Below, in pieces: positions 55,870-64,000 of a stretch of DNA of 64,000 nt; the first letter of the stretch is position 1, and each line of letters starts with the position of its first letter. Both the position numbers and the translations under genes were made by a program. The notes beneath the pieces were generated by a model. It was not told the DNA's origin, did not search any database, and worked only from the letters and a program-made list of their open reading frames with translations. Source of the DNA: an uncultured Verrucomicrobiae bacterium (GTDB lineage: Bacteria; Verrucomicrobiota; Verrucomicrobiia; Limisphaerales; UBA11358); the NCBI GenBank assembly GCA_963842445.1, contig CAWJHF010000002.1:173858-237857 (forward strand), written 5' to 3'.

Positions 55870-56649
55870 TCAGAGCAATGCCAACTGCCGTCGATTATCA
55901 TCTTGCCGTGTTTGCTTCAATCTGAATTCCTCAAGAACTTCCAGTTCTTGCTCGATGACACTCCGCTCGAACGGGATGGTTCGCGCCGCGAATTTCGACC
56001 CCAACCAAAAAATGAACCGGTCTGTGTCATACCAGAAAAAAGCATCCAGCATTGTTGTTACCTCACCAGCCGATGCGCCGCAGTGGATCGTAGCCAGTTC
56101 CATATACCTGCCCTGGGTCCAACCCGGAGGTAGCTCGGCAACGGCACGATCCTTGTTCAGCGCCAGCCACAGCAGCCGTGCAAGTGTGCGCTGTATTATC
56201 ACGGCATTGCCATTCAACGGGCCGACACGCTGCCAGCCCGGTTCCGGGGTTTCGACTACCCTTAACTCAAGCTGCTCGCCCTGCAACCGCCATGCGACGA
56301 ACCGGGCTTTGCCCGGCCAGACCCCGGCACGATTGAATTTGGGCTTGAGCGCCCGCAACAGCTTTGCCTCACGAGTCAGCGCCGATGATTCATTGGCGCA
56401 GAACTGGAATTCGATCCGCTTGACTTCCCGCACCAGCCGCAAATGACGGCGGGGCATCCGGTCGGGATTGGCGATCCGGTAGTTGTTCAACCGCTGTCGG
56501 AGGTCTTTTGCTTTGCCGACGTAAAGAACCTTGTCCGCCTTGTCCTTCATCAGGTAAACCCCCGGACGGCGCGGCGCGTCCCGGAAAAACCTCCGACCCA
56601 ACCGCTGTTCGAGCGGTCGCGCATCCGGGATGAGCAGCAGTTGAGCCAT
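55870..56649 (-). CDS. GIY-YIG nuclease-domain protein (UvrC N-terminal/Cho-like)
   Basis: PGVYLMKDKADKVLYVGKAKDLRQRLNNY...EAKLLRALKPKFN. Divergent from lexA. Confidence 0.75.
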   Translation of the reverse strand: MAQLLLIPDARPLEQRLGRRFFRDAPRRPGVYLMKDKADKVLYVGKAKDLRQRLNNYRIANPDRMPRRHLRLVREVKRIEFQFCANESSALTREAKLLRALKPKFNRAGVWPGKARFVAWRLQGEQLELRVVETPEPGWQRVGPLNGNAVIIQRTLARLLWLALNKDRAVAELPPGWTQGRYMELATIHCGASAGEVTTMLDAFFWYDTDRFIFWLGSKFAARTIPFERSVIEQELEVLEEFRLKQTRQDDNRRQLALL

Positions 56650-56730
56650 GGCGACAAATCGTTTAACCCAAAGCCCGTCAAAACGCCAGCCTGCAACCGG
56701 CCAGAGACGGATTGACAGCCGGGCGGGCGC

Positions 56731-56752
56731 ATACTACTCTTTTGAGTAGTAT
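56731..56752. promoter_or_regulatory. Candidate LexA operator: perfect palindrome ATACTACTC-N4-GAGTAGTAT abutting the lexA start codon
   Basis: 9-bp arms are exact reverse complements. A TTGACA -35-like hexamer lies at 56712-56717, so the dyad would cover the -10/+1 region. The ATG of lexA is at 56753. Confidence 0.5.
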
Positions 56753-57376
56753 ATGACCGGGTTGACCAAAAGGCAGCGCCAAATCCTGGAATTCGTGCTT
56801 TCCGCTCAACGGGCAGGCGAACCAACGCCGACGTTGCGGGAAATCTCAGACCGTTTCGGCTTCAAGAGTTCACGGGCTGCCGCCGATCACCTTGACGCCT
56901 TGAAACGGAAAGGCTTCCTCGATTCCGAACCCGGCAAGGCGCGTTCCTTGCGCGTCATGTCCCCGCTGGCAAAGTTGCGGAGCCGCACCGTGGACATTCC
57001 GCTGTTCGGATCGATACCGGCGGGCCTGCCACAGTCCCGTGAGCAGGACGCCGAGGGCTGCGTCACGGTGGACGTGGAGAGCATCGGGTTCAAGCCGACG
57101 CGGAACACGTTTGCATTGCGGGTGACCGGCGATTCGATGATCGGGCGGTGCGTTCTGGAGGGTGACATCGTTGTTCTGGAACACGGGCCGGAGCCGCGCC
57201 ATGGCCAGATAGTCGCTGCGCTCATCGACGGCGAAAGCACACTCAAAACTTTTGTCTTGAAAGGCGGCAAGCCGTATCTGCGAGCCGAAAACCCGAAGTA
57301 TCCGAGTCTCGTTCCGGCGCAGGAGTTGATGATTCAGGGCGTGTTCAAGGCTCTCATCCGAAAGGCGAAGGAATGA
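56753..57376 (+). CDS. lexA: LexA repressor
   Basis: N-terminal wHTH LTKRQRQILEFV...LREISDRFGFKS. S24 peptidase part with VTGDSMIG (Ser) and TLKTFVLKG (Lys). Confidence 0.9.
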   Translation: MTGLTKRQRQILEFVLSAQRAGEPTPTLREISDRFGFKSSRAAADHLDALKRKGFLDSEPGKARSLRVMSPLAKLRSRTVDIPLFGSIPAGLPQSREQDAEGCVTVDVESIGFKPTRNTFALRVTGDSMIGRCVLEGDIVVLEHGPEPRHGQIVAALIDGESTLKTFVLKGGKPYLRAENPKYPSLVPAQELMIQGVFKALIRKAKE

Positions 57377-57379
57377 ACC

Positions 57380-60202
57380 ATGTCCCGCACTATTGTTCAT
57401 CTCGATGCCGACGCTTTCTTCGCTTCGGTCGAGCAAGCCGCCGACCCGCGATTGCGGGGCAGACCCGTTGCGGTCGGCGGTGAACAGCGTGGTATCATCG
57501 CCTCGGCCTCATACGAGGCGCGGAAGTTCGGCATTTACACACCGATGCCCACGGCGCGGGCGCACAAACTCTGCCCGAAGCTGATTGTCCTGCCCGGCGA
57601 CTACGAACGCTACGAACAGTTTTCCAACTGGATGTTCGGCTACGCCTACGACTTCACGCCGGACGTGGAACAAACTTCGATTGATGAAGGCTATTTTGAC
57701 CTGACGGCCAACCGCAAAAAACCGCCGGTCGAAATCGCGCTGACGATTCGCAAGGCCATCGGCCAATCGCTCAAAATTACCGTGAGCGAGGGCATCGGCT
57801 CGAACAAGCTCGTCAGTCAGATCGCTTCCAAGCTCAACAAGCCCGCCGCATTTCAAACCGTGCCCGCCGGACATGAAAAGCAGTTTCTTCATCCACTGCC
57901 GAATTGCTGGCTGCCGGGTATCGGGCCGAAAACCGCCGTGCGATTGAACGCGGCGGGACTGGCCGACATCGGGCAGATTGCAGCGACGCCGGTGGATTTG
58001 CTCGCCTTGCTTTTGGGCAACCAAGCTCCCACTGTCCGGCAGTTCGCCAACGGCGTTGACGAGCGCCCGCTGATACCGGCTAGCGAACCGCAGAAGTCCT
58101 TCAGCCAGCAGGAGACATTCGACGAAGACGTGACCGATGAGGAATATGTTGAGGCCGTGCTCCGGCGCATGGCCGACCGGCTATTTGCCACGGTGCGCGA
58201 GGAAGGCCGGAGCGTGCGGACGCTGACGGTGAAGGTGCGTTATAACGACCGCGACGAAAACCAGCGGGCCGAAAGTCTGCGGGAGCCGACCGATTTGGAA
58301 ACGGATGTGTATGGGCTTTTGCGCGGGCTGTTGCGGGAAGCCTGGCAGCGGCGCGTGAGCCTGCGGATGGTGTCACTGAAGCTGTCGAACGTTTATGAGG
58401 GCGTGTTCCGCAGTGAATTGCCGCTGGAATCAAACGCGCAGAACCATGTCGCACGCCAACGGCTGGCTTCTGTAGTGGACGAACTGCGGCGCAATAAAGG
58501 GTGGTCCGTGGTCTTGCGCGGTCATGACATGCGGTTGCGTGATGCTCCCAGGGACATCGTGAACGAAGGCAAACCGCCGCAACTGAAAATCCATTTTCAT
58601 GTCCAAACACGCACCAGCTCCCCGACCAGAGTCACGACCTATGTCCCGTTGCGAGTTCGCAGTTACTACTCGTTTCTGGACTCAACGCTGTCGCCTGCCG
58701 CCGCCGTGAGTCTAGCTGTGCAGCACGGCCTTCCGGCCATTGCTTTGACCGACATCGGCAACTTGCACGGCGCAGTGGAATTCGCGCAGGCCGCCAGGCA
58801 GGCAGGCATCAAACCTGTTCTCGGCGCGGAGTTCAGCGCAGGCGGACACCCGCTGCTGGTTTATGTCGAGTCCGCTCGCGGCTATCACAATCTCAACCTG
58901 CTGCTTTCCAGCCGGGCCGAATCCGCCGCTCAAAACGAGGGCGAGGGAGCGGTTGCTGCACGGCAGCGTCGGCCCGTTGAGTTTGAACGTCTGGAGGGCT
59001 TCACCGAAGGCTTGATTGCCGTCAGCACCGACCTGCGCCTGGCCGACCTGTTTCCCGGTCGGTTCTACCAGATGGCGACGAAGCAATCCGTTGAAGGCCG
59101 GTTCCCACTCGTCGCCTGTCCTGCCATTCATTACGCGCTACCGGGCGACCGCACCAAATACGACATTGTCCAATCCATCCGCACCCTGACGCTACTGCGC
59201 CAGGAACACCCGGACAAGCGTGTGGCCGGACGATTCCATTTTCGGACACCGCTGGAAATGAACGAAGCGTGCAAACAACACCCGGAATGGCTGGCGCACT
59301 CGTTGGAAATTGCTGAACGCTGCTGTTTTGAAATGCCGTTGGGCAAGCCACAGTTTCCCGCGTTCAAGCCACCGGACGGTTCCTGCCCCCGTGAATTTTT
59401 GCGGACGCTGGTCATGGATGGATTATGCCGCCGTTACGGTGAACGGGCTGTGGCCATGCGCCCGCAGGTTGAACAGGAGCTGCGCATCATCAGCGCGGTC
59501 GGTTACGAAGAATACTTTCTGGTCGTGTGGAACATCCTCCAGGATTGCCGCCAGCGCGGCATCGAATGGATCACACGCGGCAGCGCGGCGGATTCGCTGG
59601 TCTGCTACTGCCTCGGCATTTCCGACGTGTGCCCTGTCCGCTTCGGCCTCTACTTTCGCCGGTTTCTGAATGAAGAACGCATGGCACTCAACAAACTGCC
59701 GGACATTGACATTGATTTCCCGCACGACCGCAAAGACGACGTGGTGGACCTCATCTTCGCCAAATATGGCCGGGAGCATTGCGCCGTGGTTGGCGGCTTC
59801 TCAACGTTTCAGGCCCGCAGCGCATTCGCCGACGTGGCTAAGGTGCTCGGTGTCGCCGAACGCGAAGTGCGGCGGTTCACCGAACATTTCCCGTGGAGCT
59901 TCGGCGGCGGTTGGGTTCCCGACGAGCACACGCCGAGCGGCGGGGCGAAGTTGCGCGAACTGCTTGCCGCCAGCCCCGAAAACCGCGATCTGCCCTTGAA
60001 CGATGAACCGTTCAAGACGGCGCTAGACGTGGCGGAGTTCCTCGACGGCTTCCCGCGTTATCCAAAAATGCACCCCTGCGGCGTGGTGCTGTCACGCCAG
60101 CCGATGCACGAACTGACGCCGACGTTCATTTCCAACAAAGGCTATCCCCACAACGCATTTCGAGATGGATGCTGTGGAATTACTCGGCTTAGTGAAAATT
60201 GA
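57380..60202 (+). CDS. Y-family DNA polymerase (DinB-like, catalytic residues present) continuous in frame with the N-terminal half (PHP and following) of DnaE2
   Basis: N-terminus IVHLDADAFFASVEQ and SIDEGYFDLT. From ~58640, YVPLRVRSYYSFLDSTLSP...IALTDIGNLHGAVEF is the PHP domain of a Pol III alpha-type subunit. No stop codon between 57380 and 60202. Confidence 0.75.
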   Translation: MSRTIVHLDADAFFASVEQAADPRLRGRPVAVGGEQRGIIASASYEARKFGIYTPMPTARAHKLCPKLIVLPGDYERYEQFSNWMFGYAYDFTPDVEQTSIDEGYFDLTANRKKPPVEIALTIRKAIGQSLKITVSEGIGSNKLVSQIASKLNKPAAFQTVPAGHEKQFLHPLPNCWLPGIGPKTAVRLNAAGLADIGQIAATPVDLLALLLGNQAPTVRQFANGVDERPLIPASEPQKSFSQQETFDEDVTDEEYVEAVLRRMADRLFATVREEGRSVRTLTVKVRYNDRDENQRAESLREPTDLETDVYGLLRGLLREAWQRRVSLRMVSLKLSNVYEGVFRSELPLESNAQNHVARQRLASVVDELRRNKGWSVVLRGHDMRLRDAPRDIVNEGKPPQLKIHFHVQTRTSSPTRVTTYVPLRVRSYYSFLDSTLSPAAAVSLAVQHGLPAIALTDIGNLHGAVEFAQAARQAGIKPVLGAEFSAGGHPLLVYVESARGYHNLNLLLSSRAESAAQNEGEGAVAARQRRPVEFERLEGFTEGLIAVSTDLRLADLFPGRFYQMATKQSVEGRFPLVACPAIHYALPGDRTKYDIVQSIRTLTLLRQEHPDKRVAGRFHFRTPLEMNEACKQHPEWLAHSLEIAERCCFEMPLGKPQFPAFKPPDGSCPREFLRTLVMDGLCRRYGERAVAMRPQVEQELRIISAVGYEEYFLVVWNILQDCRQRGIEWITRGSAADSLVCYCLGISDVCPVRFGLYFRRFLNEERMALNKLPDIDIDFPHDRKDDVVDLIFAKYGREHCAVVGGFSTFQARSAFADVAKVLGVAEREVRRFTEHFPWSFGGGWVPDEHTPSGGAKLRELLAASPENRDLPLNDEPFKTALDVAEFLDGFPRYPKMHPCGVVLSRQPMHELTPTFISNKGYPHNAFRDGCCGITRLSEN

Positions 60203-61694
60203 TGTGCTGGCGCAGGGCGGATTGGCCGTGATGCGTGACGCGAAATCGTCGCTGGCCGGGCGCGGCGTCACCGTGGAATTGAATTCCCTGGCACCGTGGC
60301 AGGACCCGCAGGTCTGGGAGATGATTTCCGGCGGTGGGGCTAGGGCAGTGCATCATATCGAAAGCCCGGCCATGACCGGCCTGTGCCGCCAGTGCAACGT
60401 GCGCGACATTGACACGCTCATTGCCATCGTGAGCGTCATCCGGCCCGGCGCGGCCAACGAAGGCAAGAAACTCGCGTTCACGCGGCGCTATCAGGGCCTG
60501 GAACCCGTGATGTATCCGCACTCGTCACTGGAACCCGCTCTGCGGGACACGTTCGGGCTGGTCGTCTATGAGGAACACATCCTGCAAATTTGTGAAGCGT
60601 TCGCCGGATTGCCGCCGGGCCGTGCCGACGTGCTGCGCCGGGCCTTGAACAAACAAAAGCGAGGCGTCATTGCGAAAATTCGGGAGGAATTCTTCGCTTC
60701 GGCAACGGCACGCGGGCACGCACTGGAAAAGGTAGAAGAAGTTTGGGGCCTGGTCGCGGGCTTTGCCGGTTATGCCTTCTGCAAGGCCCACTCGACGGCT
60801 TACGGCGTTGAAGCCTATCAGGCTGCGTGGCTCAAGCGAAATTATCCGGCGGAATTCATGGCCGCTGTGCTGACCAACGGCAAAGGCTTCTATGACCCGC
60901 TGGTCTATGTGCTGGAAAGTTACCGGCTCGGACTCAAGTTCCTGCCGCCGTCAGTCAACGAACCGGGCGCGGCATTTGCAGTGCATGGCAACGCGATCCG
61001 CGTTCCGCTCACCCGCGCCAAGGGACTCGCGGAACGCACTATCAAGCGCCTGCTGGCTGAGCGCGGGCGCGGAGCGTTCGCATCACTAGCCGACTTTCAT
61101 CATCGTGTCAGGCCGTTGCCGGAGGAACTGGAGATCATGATTCGTGCGGGTGGTTTTGATGAGTTCGGCCAGACGCGAACGCAACAGTTTTGGGAAACCC
61201 AGTATCTGCATCGCACCTACGGCGGTGGTCACGCATCCGGCCAAGGCTGGCTGTTACCGCCTCCGTCGCTGGATCGCTTTCCCGGTGTGCCGCTGCGCGA
61301 ACCAACCCGGCGCAAGCGGTTGGAAGCCGAAACGGAACTGTTCGGCCACGCCGTGAGCGGACATCCGCTGGAATTGTTTGAAGACGTGGCATGGGACACC
61401 TACTGCCCGGTGGAGCGACTGGGCGAGCACATCGGCGAAACAGTGGTGACCTGCGGGCTGGTGGTCGAGCAGCGGACGCATCACCAGATCACCGGCGAGC
61501 CGATGAAATTCCTGACATTGGCGGACTGGACGGGCATCGTGGAAACAGAACTGTTCGCACAGACCTACAAAAACTACGGACTGGCAACTGTGCGTTATCC
61601 GGTGTTGGAAGTCACGGCGACTGTCGAGCCGTTTGAGAATGGACGGGGCTTTTCATTGCGCGTGTTGCGGGCAGCGAGGCCGCGCACAACGTGA
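60165..61694 (+). CDS. dnaE2: C-terminal half of DnaE2 (error-prone Pol III alpha), in the +1 frame relative to 57380..60202
   Basis: TTHFEMDAVELLGLVKIDVLA matches the .QFDK...E..GL.K.D.LG block. IESPAMTGL, VIRPGA and FCKAHSTAYG follow. Frame change occurs at the C-run 60146-60149. Confidence 0.8.
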   Translation: MDAVELLGLVKIDVLAQGGLAVMRDAKSSLAGRGVTVELNSLAPWQDPQVWEMISGGGARAVHHIESPAMTGLCRQCNVRDIDTLIAIVSVIRPGAANEGKKLAFTRRYQGLEPVMYPHSSLEPALRDTFGLVVYEEHILQICEAFAGLPPGRADVLRRALNKQKRGVIAKIREEFFASATARGHALEKVEEVWGLVAGFAGYAFCKAHSTAYGVEAYQAAWLKRNYPAEFMAAVLTNGKGFYDPLVYVLESYRLGLKFLPPSVNEPGAAFAVHGNAIRVPLTRAKGLAERTIKRLLAERGRGAFASLADFHHRVRPLPEELEIMIRAGGFDEFGQTRTQQFWETQYLHRTYGGGHASGQGWLLPPPSLDRFPGVPLREPTRRKRLEAETELFGHAVSGHPLELFEDVAWDTYCPVERLGEHIGETVVTCGLVVEQRTHHQITGEPMKFLTLADWTGIVETELFAQTYKNYGLATVRYPVLEVTATVEPFENGRGFSLRVLRAARPRTT

Positions 61695-61846
61695 TGCTGG
61701 AATGGTCGGGCTACCGCATCGCTTTTCGCCTTGTCTGGTGGCTATTGCTTGGCACAGTGGCGGTGTCTCTTATGCCAAAAGTCTTTGGAAAATCGGGCAG
61801 ATACCAAAAACCGGGATGTAGGAAGCGGCCTCAGACATCATTCTGA

Positions 61847-62116
61847 ATGAACCTAATTTCAAAGCAAACGCGACGCATTATTCGGGAGTCGTTCCAAACG
61901 TTCATAATTGCCCTGTTCGAGTTCGCTTCGGCGATTCTCCTGACGTTTGTAAAGGATTTGGCGGTTCTGGCGAAGCGACCCGCGTGGTTGATTATTGGCA
62001 TTGAGGTTTTTTCTGTGATACTGTTTATTGGCAGTGTTCTGGTCATTGCCAATGTGGTCGCCAGAATAGTTTTTCGGGCTTTTCGAGACTTCTTGGATGA
62101 GGTCAGGAAAGGTTGA
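61847..62116 (+). CDS. small 2-TM membrane protein
   Basis: Low-GC ORF with two hydrophobic helices. Confidence 0.4.
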   Translation: MNLISKQTRRIIRESFQTFIIALFEFASAILLTFVKDLAVLAKRPAWLIIGIEVFSVILFIGSVLVIANVVARIVFRAFRDFLDEVRKG

Positions 62117-62119
62117 AAA

Positions 62120-62857
62120 ATGAGAATCGAACAATTTATCGCGCCAATGCCCCGCCAAGCCGGTGATTACCGATTTGGATGGGTGTTTTCATTTTTGGTG
62201 GCAATTGTCTCGGCACCCTTCATTGTCGCGTTTCAACACAGTCTCCCGTGGCTGATTGCAGTGCCGATTGTTTTGGGGGTGGCTCTTATTGCTGTCTCCG
62301 AATGGAAAGTTTGTGCCGCCATGCCGAGTCAGGAATTCTTTGAATCAATCCCCAAAGGATATTCTGGAATAAAATCGTATGAACAGCTTGTGGCATTGGA
62401 AATTCATCCGCCGAGAAAATCGTCCAAAAACCAACTCCCATTGTTTGAGGCGTTTCCTGAAACGACAGCGGTAAATTCAATTCGCACTCTTTACGACAGC
62501 GCGAACAAGGAAATTGCCGTTGTGAATTGTGACCGTTATGCGGCTTTACTAATAGCTTATTTGATCGAGAATTTAGACGCAGCCACTGAAAAATCCCTTC
62601 GTGCGGGATTGGCTCGATTTGGCGAATTGGGTAAAGGCCGGAGCGACATACAAACGTTCAACGACAAAGCAATTCGGGAAACGATCAAAGCTGATTTTCG
62701 TGGAAATTTGCTCACACTGGTTAGTAAGGGTGGAGAAAGAGTTCTCAAAGACTTGCTAAAAGCGGTGGACGCCATTGAAAAGGAGAAGCTCGAAAAGGAG
62801 CTTGAAAAGCAGAAGTCTGAAAAAGGAAAACAGGATTCCACATTTCAGCTACATTAG
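62120..62857 (+). CDS. hypothetical membrane protein with a lysine/glutamate-rich C-terminus
   Basis: ATG lies 3 nt after the upstream stop. Two N-terminal TM helices, and a KEKLEKELEKQKSEKGK tail. Confidence 0.5.
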   Translation: MRIEQFIAPMPRQAGDYRFGWVFSFLVAIVSAPFIVAFQHSLPWLIAVPIVLGVALIAVSEWKVCAAMPSQEFFESIPKGYSGIKSYEQLVALEIHPPRKSSKNQLPLFEAFPETTAVNSIRTLYDSANKEIAVVNCDRYAALLIAYLIENLDAATEKSLRAGLARFGELGKGRSDIQTFNDKAIRETIKADFRGNLLTLVSKGGERVLKDLLKAVDAIEKEKLEKELEKQKSEKGKQDSTFQLH

Positions 62858-63041
62858 TCGCCGGTTCTGGAAATTCAGTTTCCAGCAACACACTAATCAC
62901 ACACGGCCCCGCCCGGAGAAGCACAGTATCGCGGCTGGTTTTCATCCGGCTCCGTGCATACACTGGAGCGCGTGAACCGGCCCGCGTGCCCATTCTGCAA
63001 CCTGCCGCAAGAACGCGTTCTTCTTGAAACGGAGTCATTCG

Positions 63042-63698
63042 TCAACCGAACTGTGACTTCACTTCCGGCTTGTTCATGACCACTAACGCCCAGATGCCAG
63101 CAGGCAGCCCGAACAGGCAGCAGCATTGGCAGGGCAACATTGCGACAATAGCGGCGACCATGGCTACGCCATAGTTTCGCAACCGCAACATCTCTATCGC
63201 GCCAAACAGCACAAAGCCGTTCACCGCTGCAATCGCAAGGCTGATCACTCCGGCCATCGGCCCCCGCATTCCTTGGATGAACGCCCGCATTTGGGGCGGG
63301 ATGTTTGGCGGCATTTGGCGGTGGAACATCATACCACCATGAAATAAGGCGAAAAGGGCGCTCAAACCATAATACGCGACTCCCAAGCTGGCGATTGCGA
63401 TCAGGGCGATTGCCGGGCCTTTGACGGCTTGCAGCGCCGCTTCCCGCCCGCCGCCGGATGGAAATGATGGCGGTGCGGCAGATAGCAAAGGCGGTGGTGT
63501 GCCTGATGCGGCGGATTTGGCTGCAAGCGCGTCGGCGAATTCGGGAAAAGCCGAGAGCGGACGCCATTCTGCATCGCCCTCCGCCTTTACCTGGGTTTGC
63601 GCGTTGACCCGGCTATCACGAATCCACTCGTGCAACTGTTCCGCCGTCACCGGGCCATATTGTTTTTGATCACTGCCGATGATTGTGTAGGTTGCCAT
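63042..63698 (-). CDS. GYF_2 (DUF4339) domain membrane protein
   Basis: YTIIGSDQKQYGPVTAEQLHEWIRDSRVNAQTQVKAEGDAEWRPLSAFPEF, followed by TM helices. Confidence 0.7.
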   Translation of the reverse strand: MATYTIIGSDQKQYGPVTAEQLHEWIRDSRVNAQTQVKAEGDAEWRPLSAFPEFADALAAKSAASGTPPPLLSAAPPSFPSGGGREAALQAVKGPAIALIAIASLGVAYYGLSALFALFHGGMMFHRQMPPNIPPQMRAFIQGMRGPMAGVISLAIAAVNGFVLFGAIEMLRLRNYGVAMVAAIVAMLPCQCCCLFGLPAGIWALVVMNKPEVKSQFG

Positions 63699-64000
63699 AG
63701 GGTGCTTCCGTGGTTGCCGACTTCTAGTTCATCGGTCGTCCTGGTGCAAGCCTGTTTCAGTGACCCGTCCTGTTGTGCGGCGACCTCCTTTCGTTCGCTT
63801 TCTGTTGGATGGCTGAAATGCACGCCGCCGGTCCAGCCGCGCCTCAACCAACCTGCACCCAGACAGAAACCCGCTTGCGGCCACGGAGGCGGCGGCACGG
63901 GCACGTGCAAGATTTCCACCAAGCCGAACCCCGCCTGGGCCATGTCCCTCTGGCGGGCACGCATAAACCAGGCGTTAATCAGGCACAGGAAAACGATATT

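Noticed and set aside
62867-62885. Hairpin ctggaaa-ttcag-tttccag after 62120..62857.
   Set aside because: It has only a 7-bp AT-rich stem and no U-tract, so it is too weak to call a terminator.
63647-64000. Minus-strand frame open to the right window edge (NIVFLCLINAWFMRARQRDM...), overlapping the GYF gene start by ~50 nt.
   Set aside because: It may be the 3' end of a gene entering from the right. However, its Pro/Gly/Trp-rich tail and the long overlap make it unconvincing.
1-64000. Scan for CRISPR arrays, rRNA, tRNA, integrases, transposases and reverse transcriptases.
   Set aside because: I saw no regularly spaced repeats, no rRNA- or tRNA-like segments beyond the rejected ones above, and no recombinase or RT motifs in any long ORF. 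The scan was by eye only, so short or degenerate elements could have been missed.

Overview
This is a 64-kb window of a moderately GC-rich bacterial chromosome. The domain families (DUF5069, DUF72, secreted proteins with an RFYR-type C-terminal module) vaguely suggest a PVC/Verrucomicrobia-like genome, but taxonomy cannot be established from the window. I recognised no rRNA, tRNA, CRISPR array, integrase or transposase. Roughly nt 1-42,500 reads as an accessory, defence-island-like region. It contains a mobile-element-style module: a DUF3987-like P-loop protein, a GHKL-ATPase/HExxH fusion, a small conserved protein, a GIY-YIG-like protein and a RecD2 helicase. It also holds Abi-like genes (a HEPN AbiU2-like gene, and a DUF4238 gene interrupted by an in-frame TGA). 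An XRE regulator sits next to a coiled-coil membrane protein, and a TPR-CPBP protease follows. A large gamma-class N6A methyltransferase is paired with a PD-(D/E)xK gene. A tightly packed seven-gene type I R-M operon carries two hsdM paralogues, an AIPR gene, a CBS-HEPN-DUF4268 gene, hsdS, hsdR and an HNH gene. Further right are a DinG/XPD-like helicase with a long unknown C-terminus and a Lar-like zinc-ribbon gene. A 68-nt imperfect inverted repeat (339-406 / 36486-36554) brackets about 36 kb of this region. A roughly 170-aa protein family occurs twice (5539..6084 and 39574..40080), each time beside HExxH-motif proteins. The right part (42.7-64 kb) encodes an ankyrin protein, a PLC/AcpA-type phosphoesterase, an S1/P1 nuclease, a NucA-type nuclease and a trypsin-like protease. 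It also encodes a PUR-like protein, a DUF72 protein, and an SOS module. The SOS module comprises a GIY-YIG gene divergent from lexA, a perfect 9-N4-9 palindrome at the lexA start, and a DinB-like domain fused in frame to dnaE2, which is itself split by a +1 frameshift in a C-run. All functional calls rest on motifs read by eye in the supplied translations, and no database search was run.
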